DNA from: Callorhinchus milii
Taxonomy: Eukaryota
Direction of reading: 5' to 3'
Length of the DNA stretch: 64,000 bases
Assembly: GCF_018977255.1 (NCBI RefSeq)
Contig: NW_024704743.1
Span: 56,918,001-56,982,000 of the forward strand
Under the pieces are notes generated by a model. It ran no database searches. It was not told the origin of the DNA and saw only the letters and a list, made by a program, of their open reading frames with translations. Positions within the stretch are counted from its first letter, which is position 1. Every line of letters begins with the position of its first letter. Made by a program: the position numbers and the translations under genes. Below are positions 51,961 through 64,000 of the stretch, in pieces.

Positions 51961-53639
51961 AGATAGAAGTTTCAGATTTTCAGGGCATAGTGGCTGAAAG
52001 AACAGCCACTAATAGTGGAGTGGAGGAATGAGGGACGTACACAAGCCCTGAACCAGCTAAGCAAAAAGGGTGGGTAGAATAGTGGGATATCAGCAGATCA
52101 GAGAGGTGCCAGAGCATGAAGTGATTTGTGTGTGAGTGTAAAGATCTTGAAATCAACTGCATTCTGCAATAGGGCAAGGAGCCTCCACAAGATGCAGAGT
52201 TTACTATGAGTGAGTTTATCGGTGACAAAGTTTTCAATTAGTTGGATTTTATGAATAATGGAGCTGGGGAGACCAGTGAGGAATTATTGGAAAAAATGAG
52301 GCGGAAGGTGACGTTCAGGGTTTACAAAGTCCTGTTACTAGCATGTTATTTTTTACATTGCACTGACCAACAACTGAAATGTGGAAGAATGATGATAGCT
52401 GTATTTAGAAATACTAATTGTATTCAGCTCAAGTGTTTAACTGTATTTAGACATCCAGAGGGTATGAGCAGATAATGATCTGTCTCCATGTTTGGTGCGA
52501 CATCTGCCGTAACTAGGATGGAGTGAAGAAGTTACTGGTATTGGACATTCTTACACACAACTCATCTACAACACAAAATAAGAATTGATTGTAAGAAAAA
52601 AACAGCAGGGTAATAGGACTTTGTGAACACCCTATGGGTGTGGATACAGGTTTCAGCTGCGTTGGGTACGAGGTATGATCGGAGGCGGGGGACATGGTGG
52701 AGGTGGAGGAAAGTGGTCCTTGTCAAACACCAGGAGTAGGATGTGGAATAGGAAGGACAACAGGAGATTGAACTTGATGCTTAGGCTGCACACAGGATAT
52801 ATTGCAAAGTGATAGGTGCGTGTGTATTTTGTGAGTGAACACAGCAGCAAATTTGTGGTCCCACAATCAGCCATGAAGCGAGTTAATCAATTTTATTTGG
52901 AAGATTGTTGGTCAGGAACTCCCTTATCTTTTTGAGGTGCCATGGGATCTTTAACGTCCATCTGGTTAGGCAGGCAAGACCTTAGTTAAATGTTTCATCC
53001 AAAGGGCACATTTAATTTGTTTGGGCAGAGATGAAAATGGAAAAGCTTGCTTAGTTTTTTTTCATTTAGACACATTTCACATATCATCAAGTGAGAGTGA
53101 GTATGCGAGGAGAAGGGAATAGAAGGGCGGCTTGGGACGTCCTCCCGACATGAAAGGTGCTATACAAATGTAATCTTGTTGTTGTAGAGGGCTCTAGGAG
53201 ATAGGATTAGGAGGGGTGGAAGCTCGAGTGGCATTTAACACCATTACGGACTAGTTGAGCCAAATGATCTGTTTGCATGCTGTAAAGTTCTATGAAATTC
53301 TATAAATAGTTTTAATTTGTTACTAATGTGTGAATTCTATCAAACTGAACAGTAGTGTTACCAAATTAATGAATTTCAAACACCAGCTTGAAATCCAGTG
53401 ATAAAAAAATCTATGATTGGAAGTCTAAAATAAAACTAGAAAATTCTGAAAACATAGATAGGACAATTATCTTTGGAAAGAATGCGTTAGGCTAAAGTAT
53501 TGGGTGTGACCCTTCTCTGGTGAAAGGCCTCCCCAAAACATTCACCTATCTTTCTCTGTCAGATGCAACAGATGGATAGAATTTAGCAGTTAATGCTTTT
53601 CAATTAACCTAACTCCTATTGATACCTCATCTAGTATTT

Positions 53640-54820
53640 ATAAAATAGATTCACTTTCAATCTTTAAACTGCCATCCCTAACCCTCTCCTTACCTCCCAG
53701 CTCCACCTCTTTGCCCCTCTACTCACAGACATCATAAACTTCTCCCTGTCCACAGGCACCACTCCCATCACCCCTTTAAAAACTTCTGTCATCACTCCTA
53801 TCCTTAAAAAGATCCTCCCTGGACCCATCCCTGCTCTCAAATTACTCAACGTCCTGGAACAAGTCGTTGCTTCCCAACTTTACTCCTTCCTCTCCCGCCA
53901 CTCCCTTCATGAACTCCTCCCATCGGGTTTCCATGCCGCCCACAGCACAGAAACAGCTTTGGTCAAAGTGACAAATGATATATTGTCCATCTGTGATCAG
54001 GGCTCTCTGCTGCCTTTGATAACGTTGACCACTCTATCAACCTCCACTGCTTCTCCTCTTATCTCAAACTTCAATCCTCTATCCTTGAATTGTTCAGATC
54101 ATACCTCTCACACCGTCTCACTTCATCTGCACAAACGGCTTCTCCTCTAGCCCCCACACTGTCTTGTGCGGTGTTCTTCAGGGCTCTGTCCTTGGTCCCC
54201 ACGTCTTCAATATCTATACGCTCCCTCTTAGTGACATCGTCGGCAGACATGGGGTTAACTTCCACATGTATGTGGATGACACCCAACTCTGTCTCTCTGC
54301 CTCTACCCTCGACTCAAGGACCACTGCTGTCCTGACAAAATGTCTGTCAGATATCAAGTCCTGGATGAGAGCTAACTTTCTCCTGATTGGCTCCCGTCAA
54401 TGCCTCCACACCTCAGGCGCTGACAGCATTACCATCCAAGGATGCACACTCCATTTCACTGAGCCAGTCAGACCTCCTAACCTCCTACCAACCTGCCCGC
54501 TCCGTCTGCTCAGCGGGCTCTGGCCTGCTTCACATCCCCTGCCTCACCCACCCCACGTTTAGCAGGTGGGCCTTCAGCCATTGTACCCCCACCCTCTGGA
54601 ACTCCATCCTGCAGTCCCTTCAACTTGCCCATTCCCTTGCCTCCTTCAACACCTGTCTCAAGACCCTCCTCTTCAGCCAAGCCTTTGATCACCTTCCTTC
54701 ACTCCTGCCCGCCAACCTCCCCGCTCCCCAGCTCGGGTCCGAAACACTGATTGTTCAGTACCTTGGAACATCATCCTGATGTGATAGGCGCTATACAAAT
54801 GTAATTTTTTTGTTGTTGTT
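53640..54820 (+). mobile_element. L2 LINE RT fragment with internal deletions and 3' tail
   Basis: HSTETALVKVTNDIL, CGVLQGSVLGPHVFNIYTLPL, FHMYVDDTQL, AFSHCTPTLWNS and a (TTG)n tail. Confidence 0.92.
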
Positions 54821-55715
54821 AAACCTGTCCATTGGATGAGACATTAAACTGAGTTCTTGCATGCGTATTTTGGTTGTTCAGACAGATATTAAAGATCCCA
54901 CAGCACTATTTGAAAGAGCAGGAAGACCTCTCAATTCCTTTGGTCAATATTCCTCCCTCATCCATGTTCATAAGCAAGCATAGATTAATTGCTAATTCAT
55001 AACAGTGCCTGTACAGTGCCTGTACTTCAAAGTAACTCGTTGATAGAAATGCTTTGAGACATTTCAAAGTGATAAGGCATCATGATAAATTCAAGTCTGA
55101 AGTCCTTGCGCCGATTTGGATAACAGGTCCTTTGGAAGGCAAGGAAAACCAATACCAGTCTCTTCCTTGCAAAATTCCTCTGTCTCTCCTGTGGATTGTG
55201 CACATGTCTGTTCAGTAGGTTTTATCCTAATTTACCATCTCCGATGTGCAGAATGAAGGAATTTCGGGAATTATAGAAAAATATTATAATAATAATCCAA
55301 CCATTTGGCATAGCGCCTATGACATCAAAACGTCTCAAATTGCTTTGCAGGTAATTGCTGGCAAGCGTAGTGACTGTATTTGTGGAGTGCAGACACAAAC
55401 CTTAAACAATGCTGTAGTCCAATTTCAAGAGCATTATTAATGAAAGCTACTGACAATCAGCCCAGATTAAAATAGGTGGAGGAGATGAAAATCAACAGTG
55501 TGCTCAGAATTAAAGAATGCACAAGGAATGCTTATAATACATTATGATATGCTAATATCTGTGTAATTTTATTCAGTATTGCTCTATCAAAATGCGATGG
55601 GTTCAAACCTGTTGAAGCTCACCATTTCCGACATGCAAATATAATGAGCTGAATGTTTATGGGATAATGTACAACAGTAGATAATTACTGAGTGATTGAC
55701 AAATCCAAACTCACC

Positions 55716-55788
55716 AAGGTGTAAAAAATAAAAGGTGTAAAGAAATAAAGAAATAAGGTGTAAAGAAGGTGTAAAGAAATAAAAAAAA
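55716..55788 (+). repeat. Imperfect tandem repeat (AAGGTGTAAA x4)
   Basis: Direct reading of the sequence. Confidence 0.85.
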
Positions 55789-55789
55789 G

Positions 55790-56000
55790 CTGAAATTCTG
55801 AAATATAACTGGAAGTGCTCAACAGTTCAATGAGCACCTGAAGAGAATAACAGCTTAAAGTTTACGGCTCAACCTTTTATCAGTTAACATTTCAGGTATG
55901 TTCTGACAGTTCATCAGAACAGAGAATCATACCCAAAACATTTCTCCTTCAGATGCCAACGGCCTACTGTGAATTTCCAGCATCTCAGATTTAATTCCAG
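55790..56000. mobile_element. Decayed PLE terminal-repeat fragments in inverted arrangement
   Basis: CTGGAAGTGCTCAACAG..CACCTGAAGAGA faces CTCCTTCAGATGCC..TTTCCAGCA. Similar remnants at ~15860-16010, 27140-27460 and 53430-53600. Confidence 0.55.
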
Positions 56001-56076
56001 TCAGGTTTACGTGCCGTACATCATGAGTTACATTCAAAAGGGAACTGCTCTATCCTGAATTATTCTGAGTGGTCAA

Positions 56077-56632
56077 TAACAACAACAACAACATTACATT
56101 TGTATAGCGCCTTTCACGTCGGGAGGACATCCCAAAGCGCTGGACAGTGTACAGCATTTCAAACCCGAGCTGGGGTCGGGGGGGAACGGAGGGGAGGGGA
56201 AGGGGGATGATCGATGACATGGTCAAAGAGAAGGGTTTTGAGGCGAGACTTGAAGGAGGCTAAGGAGGGGGCGAGTTGGAGTGATTGGGGGATGGAATTC
56301 CAGAGGTTGGGGGAAGAGTGGTTGAAGGCTCTCCCGCCAATGGTGGGGCAGGTGGGTCGGGGGACGTGGAGCAGGCCAGAGCCGGCTGAGCGGAAGGAGC
56401 ATGCGGGTTGGTAGGGGGTTAGGAGGTCGCAGAGGTAGGGTGGGGCGAGGCCATGGAGGGCTTTGTGGGTGAGGACCCGGATCTTGAACTGGATCCTCTG
56501 AAAGATAGGGAGCCAATGGAGTCGGGCGAGAGTGGGGGAGATGGGGTCACAGAGTTTGGTGCGGGAGAGGACACGGGCTGTAGAGTTCTGGATTATCTGC
56601 AGCCTGTGGAGGGAGGAGTTGGTCATGAGGCA
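56077..56632 (-). mobile_element. Relatively young L2 3' fragment
   Basis: Open ORF2 C-terminus (LHRLQIIQNSTARVL..LHWLPIFQRIQFK..WNSIP..FKSRLKTLLF); tail AGCGCTTTGGGATGTCCTCCCGACGTGAAAGGCGCTATACAAATGTAA(TTG)n. Confidence 0.93.
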
Positions 56633-59409
56633 TAATGCAATCAATGAATGTGATTAATGTGGAGAGCTCGCATTTTGGTTTCATTTTTACTCATGTGCAT
56701 TGGGAAGAAGCCAACAAATGAACAGTGGTGCTTGTGGTCTTGTGTCAGTGACTGGGAGCTTAGTTTAACGTCTCATCTGAAATATAGCACCTCTGGCACT
56801 GCATTGGAGTGTCAGCTTAGACTTTGTAATCCCAAACCCTGATGTGGAGCTTGAACCCACAACTTTCTGACTCAGAGGCAAGAGTGCTGTCACTGAGCCA
56901 GGCTGACAGTATTAATGAAAGAGGGCAGAATTACCAAAGGAGAGGTAAACCAGTCTCTGTTCGCTGGTTCTCCCCCAATTCCCCAATATGTTTTTCATTG
57001 CAGATAAACCTTTTTGCTAACCTTCCATCTCTTCCTTTATCAGATCTTATTAATCCAACCTCATTATTGTTAACTAGATATAATCTAACTACCAAAAAAT
57101 AAAGGAAGAGGTTAAGAGAAATTGGTTTATCCAGAATGTTATTGTATTAAGATGTGAAGTGCCATTCCAGCTCAGGTGGTAGCACTCTCGCCTCAGAGTC
57201 AAAAGTTTGTGGGTTCAAACCCCACATTGAGTCTTGAATTCATATAGTCTGAGCAAACACTTACCTCCATATGTAAAGTTACAATATAAAACCAGTAATG
57301 AGTTACCACATGGAAAGTAATGTGTACACAGATAAAAGTTATAACTTTATATATTGATTCAAAGGAAGATTAAATGCATTCCTTACCCATCCTCCTCCTA
57401 ATGGGGTTAACATGTCCATGAAATGCACATTATAAGTCACTTCAATATGGTTAATGGACTTAATAAAAGCCTCTGGGTAGATTTCTAAACAGCTAAAAAT
57501 AGAGAGACACCATTAATGGGGTCTTGTCCAATGATCCCCGTGATTCTCCCTTTGGGAGAAAAAACATTTTACTGCAATTTCATTAAGAGCAGGATTTAAG
57601 GGCCATGTGACTTTTTCAAAGTGCTGTGGTCATTGGAATCAATAGAAGAAACCAAGCAGTCCGTGACCTGAAAGTTTAAGTGTATAAATCTTTTGGAGAT
57701 TATTTCTAACAGCTTTTGTACAATAAAGTGTCTCAAGGAAAAAAACACCCAACATAATTATTGATTCTTTTAACAAAGATCATCATTCTGTAATAAACAT
57801 GGGGCATAATGTTTTTTCTTTATGGCACACATTAAAATGTCAGAAGAACTTGATTAGCAGACTCGCATTCCAGTGAACCATGGAGAACTGAAGGCAATCA
57901 GGATCTGGCTCTGGTCTGTGCTGGTTTAACTGATCTCAACTCTCCAGTGCTTCAATGAGCCCAGATGTAAGAGAGGAGGACAGCTGACAGATATCTTGCT
58001 CATGGAATCTCCATCTAATCTTCTTGCTGAAAAATGTGTACTCATGGACATTAGCTAAGAATAACAATAGGTCTTTGTTGCACCCCACAGTTCAATAGCC
58101 TATCACCTAAAAGCACTTTCTGAATTAGTAATCCATGAACAATAATTTCTACATTTGATATAAGACTTAACAACATCAGAAGCTCAAAGCCTCGGTGCTG
58201 CTGCTACCTGCCCCCCCAACCCACCAAGCTATTTACTCTAAATCTATTTCCTTTGTTTTTTTCCCAGAACTATTGGAATTATTTTTCCAAATTCTCAATA
58301 ATGAGCTATTATAGACTAAACTTCAACAGTCACATGTGATAAATAATTCCATATTCTAACAACCCGTTCTGTAAAAACATTTCTTTCAATTTCCTTCTCT
58401 GTCAATTGTCATTGGATTCCTTCTTGTTACTGATTTGCCAATTAGTGAAAGCAACCACTCTCCATTTGCCATATCAAAACGAGTCATCATTTTGAAAATC
58501 ACATTTAGATCTCCTCCTTGTTTAACACTCTCTATTCCAGTGAAAACAGTCACAAGTCGTCATGTCTAATGAATGTCAGGCTTGCCATTCTCACTGGGAT
58601 CTCTTGAGGTGAAAGGTGCCATATAAATGTAAATTTGTATTGTATCATGTGTATTGTATTGTGGCGGAACACTCCTGCCATAAAGTGGCAGCAAATGTCC
58701 TTCCTACCATCTTGACCAGACAATAGTTTGCAGTGCACGTAGGCATAACACTGGAAATAAACAGAAAAGAAGCCATTAAAAATCAAAATACATACTTACT
58801 ATTTAAATTTATGCATTTGTTTTGGAATATGCTTTGACTGAAGTCAAAAAATAAATAGTCCAATGAATCAATAATGTCTCATTCACTGTTGAAAGAAATC
58901 AGAAGGAAATGCTGGATATTGGAGTTTAAAGCTTTACAATGGAGAATTTTTAAGTCTTTTTTTTACTTCCCTTTTTGATTTTTTTCTGTTTAATTTCTCC
59001 CTGGATTTCCTGTACAATTGTGATTCATTTCCATTCTCCTCAGCTTTCTGATATTGCAACAAGCTGCAGTTTAGCTCTGTTCAGATCACGCAATGTCGTA
59101 CAAACTCGTTTGAATGAATGCCTCCTTTGCACTAAAAAATTGATCAGTTCATCTCTGTCCCACAGTATTTCTTCAGTAAACATTTTCTGTGGTAGTCTAC
59201 TTAAATATGTATGACAATGGATGCAATTAATTACTATAACCTTGAGGAATAAACAGATAATAAAATAGGAAAAAAAAATGAAACACTCCAATTCTGGTCA
59301 TTTCAAATTTATTTACAGATCAGACTTTTGCCCTGATTCAAATTTACAATTACCTCCTTCTTGAACAGTCACCCAATAAATACTGTGAAATACTTTGAGA
59401 TGTTTAGAT

Positions 59410-59600
59410 ACAAAACAATGACTTGCACTTATATAGTGGCCTCCACACAGGGTAGCGTCTCAGAACGCTTAGCAGTGGAGGAGCATGACTCCGAGCCAGG
59501 TGGGGAGGTGACCGTAAGCACGGTCAAAAAAAANTTTCAGGCGGGACTTAAAAAAGGGAAGAGAGGGGGCAAGACAGAGGGATTGAAGGAGACATGTCCA
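59410..59600 (-). mobile_element. L2 3' tail nested in a DeuSINE tail; contains a single N at 59534
   Basis: CTTGCACTTATATAGTGGCCTCCACACAGGGTAGCGTCTCAGAACGCTT. Confidence 0.7.
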
Positions 59601-61029
59601 ATTACTGTCAAGTAATCTGTCAAGTGATGATTTGATAAGGCACTATATTATGTGTAAAGATTGTTATTATAGCAATTGCAAACAGTGTACTGTTTTCTGT
59701 ATTGATGCGGCACAGCCTTGACTTGAAAGGAGTTATGTAAATGTAATTTTGTTGTTGTTGTTTTGTTTCATGTCTTACCATTATGCTGCATGCAATCAAA
59801 GTGTCCATCATACTGTGGACATAGTTCAGAGTACATGTGCAATGCTGGTTTCAGTGGAAAGGGCATTTGTGTGGGAGGGAATGGGGTGGGAGCAGTTATT
59901 CTATGGTAGAATGTAAATTTTTGTCATCTTTGTAATTGGAAATCCCATCGTAAAGAGTGAACAAAAACATAGTGTTTTTTGTTCATGATTAACATAAGAT
60001 GGATCTCAATATTTTCAATGAGGTCAAAAATGCAGGAGTTTTTTAGCACTCCAAGACACTACACTAAGGTGAAGGACTCTATATAAATGCAAGTTGTTGT
60101 TGTTTAGTGACCCGGTTTTGCAAAGGATGCATAAATATTGAATCTTGACAGTATTCGGACATGTCTCACAAATGTGGCTGCTTTTGAGGCTTGTCAGAAC
60201 ATAGTTCTCATGGTTGAGCATGCCGCACCAATAATTTACAGGATTCCTGTCTGAAGTTTTGTTGTCTTTGTTATTCTAAGTCATATGTTCAAACAACCTA
60301 TAAATGGAGAACCCACACCTATACTTGAAAAGTTGGATCTTCTGCAGTTTCCTTTAACTAAGATCTGCTGGGATACCAGTGGATTTAAGGTAGTGGAAAC
60401 CTATGTGGGGGCAAAGGCAGCACGGATTGGGTGGGTGAATTTTAACACTGGCGTAAATTAAAGGAAAAAAGCTACATTCCTTAAGTGATTTGAAAACATA
60501 CGAACATAAGAATTTGCTAGGCAAACGAAGACCAAGGTCCATCTAATTCGCCTTCCACCATCCTGGCAGTCCCTTGACATGTCGTGTCCCAAACAATATA
60601 CTGTATCCTAAGATATTATTATTTACCATAAATGAATGAGTTAATTTTATTCCAAGATCTTGTCTTACTCCAGGACCTCTGTCCTTGGAAAACTACACTC
60701 GCTTCCTGTCCCTCAGTGAATTGGTTTGGAACTCCTTGTTCTTGTTTTCATATCTCGACCCTGCTCCGCCCTATTATAGTTTCTTATCTTGCAATCCTCT
60801 ATGGCACTTTCCATATTCTCCCCTCTATTGACTTCACTTTGCCCCTTCTGAGCCATTCCCTCCGATCTTTTGCTCACCTGCCTCTCACCTCTAGAACTAT
60901 TTTCCAAAATCAGTTTGCTCTACTATTTCACTATTTCACTTCCTGATTTTACAAGTCTCCTGAAGATCTATTTCATTGCGCTCTAAGTTACCTCTAAATT
61001 CTTCCAACATCTGGGGAGAGCTCATGTAA

Positions 61030-61500
61030 CAGCTCATGTTAACCCTGCAAGCCCAAACCCTAAGGGTGATCCTAGCTGAACAATAATAATACTAATAATC
61101 CTTGCATTTGATATAGCGCTTTTCACGTTGGGAGGACGTCCCAAAGTACTTCACAGAACACACTGTAAAGTGAATTGACTGTATATTTGTGGACGAACGC
61201 AGCAGCCAATTGAGCACAGCAGTGTCCCACAAACAGTCGTGGATTGAAAATGACCAATTTATTATTGTTTTTGTTTTTTGGAGGGATTATTATTAGGCGT
61301 GTAAAGTAAGGAAACTTGCCCAAGGTTTTGCCCTGCCTGGAATTAAACCCAGGTGTCTCGCTGCAAGGTGAGTGGTCTAACCATTGAGCTACAGGACTCC
61401 ACAACAAGCAGTGGGAAAGCTTGCTAGACGGCAATATCAATAGCAAGCTATGCATTAACTGGTTAGACTCCAGCAGTACCCAACACACACTTGGGGGTCC
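61030..61500. repeat. Unclassified interspersed repeat, copy 2 (split by SINE 61084-61402)
   Basis: Colinear with 47499-47645 once the SINE and one TSD copy are removed. Confidence 0.85.
61084..61402 (-). mobile_element. Young SINE, same family, full length
   Basis: TSD AACAA at 61079-61083 and 61403-61407. A paralogous empty site lies at ~47553. Confidence 0.92.
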
Positions 61501-62199
61501 ATTTGTAGGTAGGATGGTTGGAATTCTTAGCTTGGATTGGATATTCTTAAGCATGGTGATGGGTTTCCTCATGTGTCAGACACCCGGCTGACCAAAACAA
61601 ATCTATGCATTGTTAAGTGCTGTGAGACATTCTGTTATGGTAATGATGCTATCTAAAGGCAAGCTGTTGTTTATATATACACCACTCAATGTAAATTACA
61701 TTGAAACTCAGAGTTAAAAATCTGGTTAGTAATGTTTAAATATGCAAAACTCCCCTAAAAACCTTTCTCTTTGACTGTACCCTCACTCACCTTTTAATTG
61801 ACTGTGACTTTAAAGTTGAGTTCAGGTGGTATTCCCAGAGCCAACACAAAATAGCTAGAATCTGCTCAGAAGCAGGATTTACATGCCACCAGAAACTCAA
61901 TGGATACAACAAACAGCTTTTCAGTAAAACCTTAAGAACAATGTTGGGAGTAGTTCCCTGCGGCAGTTGTCAACTGGGACATTTCCAGGAATGTAATGTC
62001 CCACAGAGTAAGAATTAGCATTTCACATACCTCATTTTTTAATCCATATAATTACTGAATCACTACTACAGGAAGTCATGGGACCAAAACTTCACCCGGC
62101 CAGTCTTATTCTTCTTCCTCCTCAAACAAAGAAATAAATGATTTGCTGAACACTTTTTGTTTTGGAAAAAAAGACTGTGCTTCTTCAAAGAAAATAGTG

Positions 62200-62645
62200 A
62201 AGTTAAAAATAACTACAGATACTTGAACATTTCAGAACGCAGATTTTAACACCTGCTTTAAAAATAATTCTTCACACCTGAGCGAAAGGTTGGTAAAGTG
62301 TGAAGCTTTGCTGTCACTCTGCACTGAGCCAGCAACACGCTGTGCCAGTTACAATAAACTAACTGACAGACTGAAACTTGTTTAGCTCCACTTGTGTGAA
62401 AACGGCCAACAAAGACAATGATGGAGGCTTTGATGTGCACTCAATGTGGCTTGAAGCTTCCTTTTAGTCACCAGCTGGCACAACCACAGATTGTGTATAG
62501 ATACAGTGCTGAGCAGTGGCGTGTGTTCAGTGCTGCAGTGCACTGACTATCAATTAGCTGAAGCCTCTCAGTGTCTGTCTATATGGTATTTATTTTTGGG
62601 CAGAGCCTAAACAACCATATGAAAATCCTGGACTAAAAATAGCAT
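62200..62645. promoter_or_regulatory. Candidate MEF2/E-box enhancer or promoter
   Basis: YTA(W)4TAR at 62203-62212, 62258-62267 and 62633-62642 (perfect CTAAAAATAG). CACCTG x2, CAGCTG, CTTTGAT and AACAAAG nearby, within a ~2.4-kb stretch lacking recognisable retroelements. Confidence 0.35.
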
Positions 62646-64000
62646 TACTTATTCTGTAAGGGTACTATTTTCTCAACATGGTTTATACCCTTGCCTCACG
62701 TCCTGCGCTGACTCTCATTACATTTATATTTAAAGGGTATGAAAAGTCAATTATTCGTCCGGTTTTCCCTGCAACTTTTAAAATAACATTTCTCTCTCGC
62801 TCTTTCTCTCTCTTTCGTTTGCCTTGTAATGCCTTTGAAGAAATCAACTGCAACGGATGCATCCCGCCCTTTCTCTGAATCCTGTTATCAATAGGAACCA
62901 ACTGCTGCATCTGTCTGTGAATTGTGTTAGGGCAGGGATCAGCCCAGAATGTGTCTGAGACAAGTTTGTTTTGTGAGGAAGGGGGGTGGCGAGGAATAAT
63001 TTTACTCAGAATAGATCTATGAACTTTAATGTGACATGCCATGGCCCTTTATATTCAGCCTCGTGGTGCAGACAGTAAACCTGGACTTGGAAAAGGCCCA
63101 CATCTGAGCCTTTTTGTTTCCATGTGTATTTATATTCTGACAGGCATGGTCTTTTTTGGCTGCCAAGCTGGTTGGAATGATTGAAAGCTTGCAGACCCGT
63201 TCCTAGCAGGTCAGGCCTTGCCAGTCTCCGGGAACTAGAGGTTTTCACATGCAAATAGCTGTCTGAGCAACAGCTATACAGAACAAAAATGGCTGTTGAC
63301 ACTGCAGGCTCACATGACTGCATATCCTTGATAGAAATGGGAGAATTACAACACAAGCGGAGAGTTTGACATTATTCATAACTATCACCTGTCGCTCTTC
63401 TTTTAAGGCATGAGGCTGATCTGGAATACAGTACTAGGAACTCATGAATTACCAACACTCTGAGGGCTGTAATTCAGCAAGTACTTTCAATTAACCTTCG
63501 TTTTCATTACACTCCAGCATTCTGACTAGATGCACACACACACACTCTAAACATTCATCAACACGGAAAGCATTTTAAGTGAAACACATTGTTTGTAAAT
63601 ACTTTTTATAATTTCCATAACTTTCTATTGTGAAGTGCAATTACACTGGCAGTTTGACTCCACAGACAAGCCCATCTCCTAAGACAACTGGTAATGAACA
63701 ACTGGCCATCTTGCCAGCTCCACATCCTGCAAGTTGGATCTAGAGAAAGCCCTACATTATGAAGATACAACTCTAAGTTGTAAAGTCAGAGATCCAGAGC
63801 GATATGACCCCAGCACATTGGACACCTGCACAGACGTCTTGACATTGTTGTTTAAGTATCTCGACAACATCAAAGCTTTTGCTGAAACAGGAACCAACTT
63901 CAGCAGGGTTTTTGTTTCCAGAGCACTGTTCCCAATAATAGTGGCAGAATAACAACAAACAAAAACCAGGAGCTTATCCACACATCCTATCATGGTTCAG

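Noticed and set aside
56170..56210. G-quadruplex-like G runs (also ~42670-42700 and 31425-31480)
   Set aside because: This is the ordinary C-rich L2 3' UTR read in antisense.
59534..59534. Single N
   Set aside because: An assembly ambiguity next to an A-run inside an L2 fragment; no biological meaning.
61791..61835. Minus-strand peptide ..LKSQSIK before AG|GTGAGT, faintly like MITF/TFE exon-1 LKSQPLK
   Set aside because: Upstream residues do not match and there is no in-frame ATG; treated as coincidence.
63734..63993. Three overlapping ORFs at the window end
   Set aside because: Short, no recognisable domain and no convincing splice sites.

Overview
This is eukaryotic, repeat-dense, non-coding DNA (intron or intergenic). 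I could not identify any host protein-coding exon. The repeat complement is typical of a cartilaginous fish (inferred, not proven): L2 and CR1 LINEs, a Neptune-type Penelope-like element (PLE), SacSINE1/DeuSINE-like and LF-SINE-like SINEs. Recognisable ORFs in the track are retroelement debris or antisense ORFs across SINEs. Best-supported items: (1) a 5'-truncated PLE at 7188-10923 with a 12-bp TSD, RT, GIY-YIG endonuclease and a minimal hammerhead-ribozyme motif, hit by three young SINEs; (2) a young ~320-bp chimeric SINE (about 12 copies) with a tRNA-Ala-like head, truncated CORE-like box, Deu-like body and L2 tail, apparent long-range self-pairing, and two tail-loop variants, one matching an L2 in this window; (3) nested insertions with TSDs and extra 5' bases; (4) unique islands with clustered TF motifs and possible minus-strand first exons, which remain speculative. 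Family assignments come from recalled consensus motifs, not database searches.
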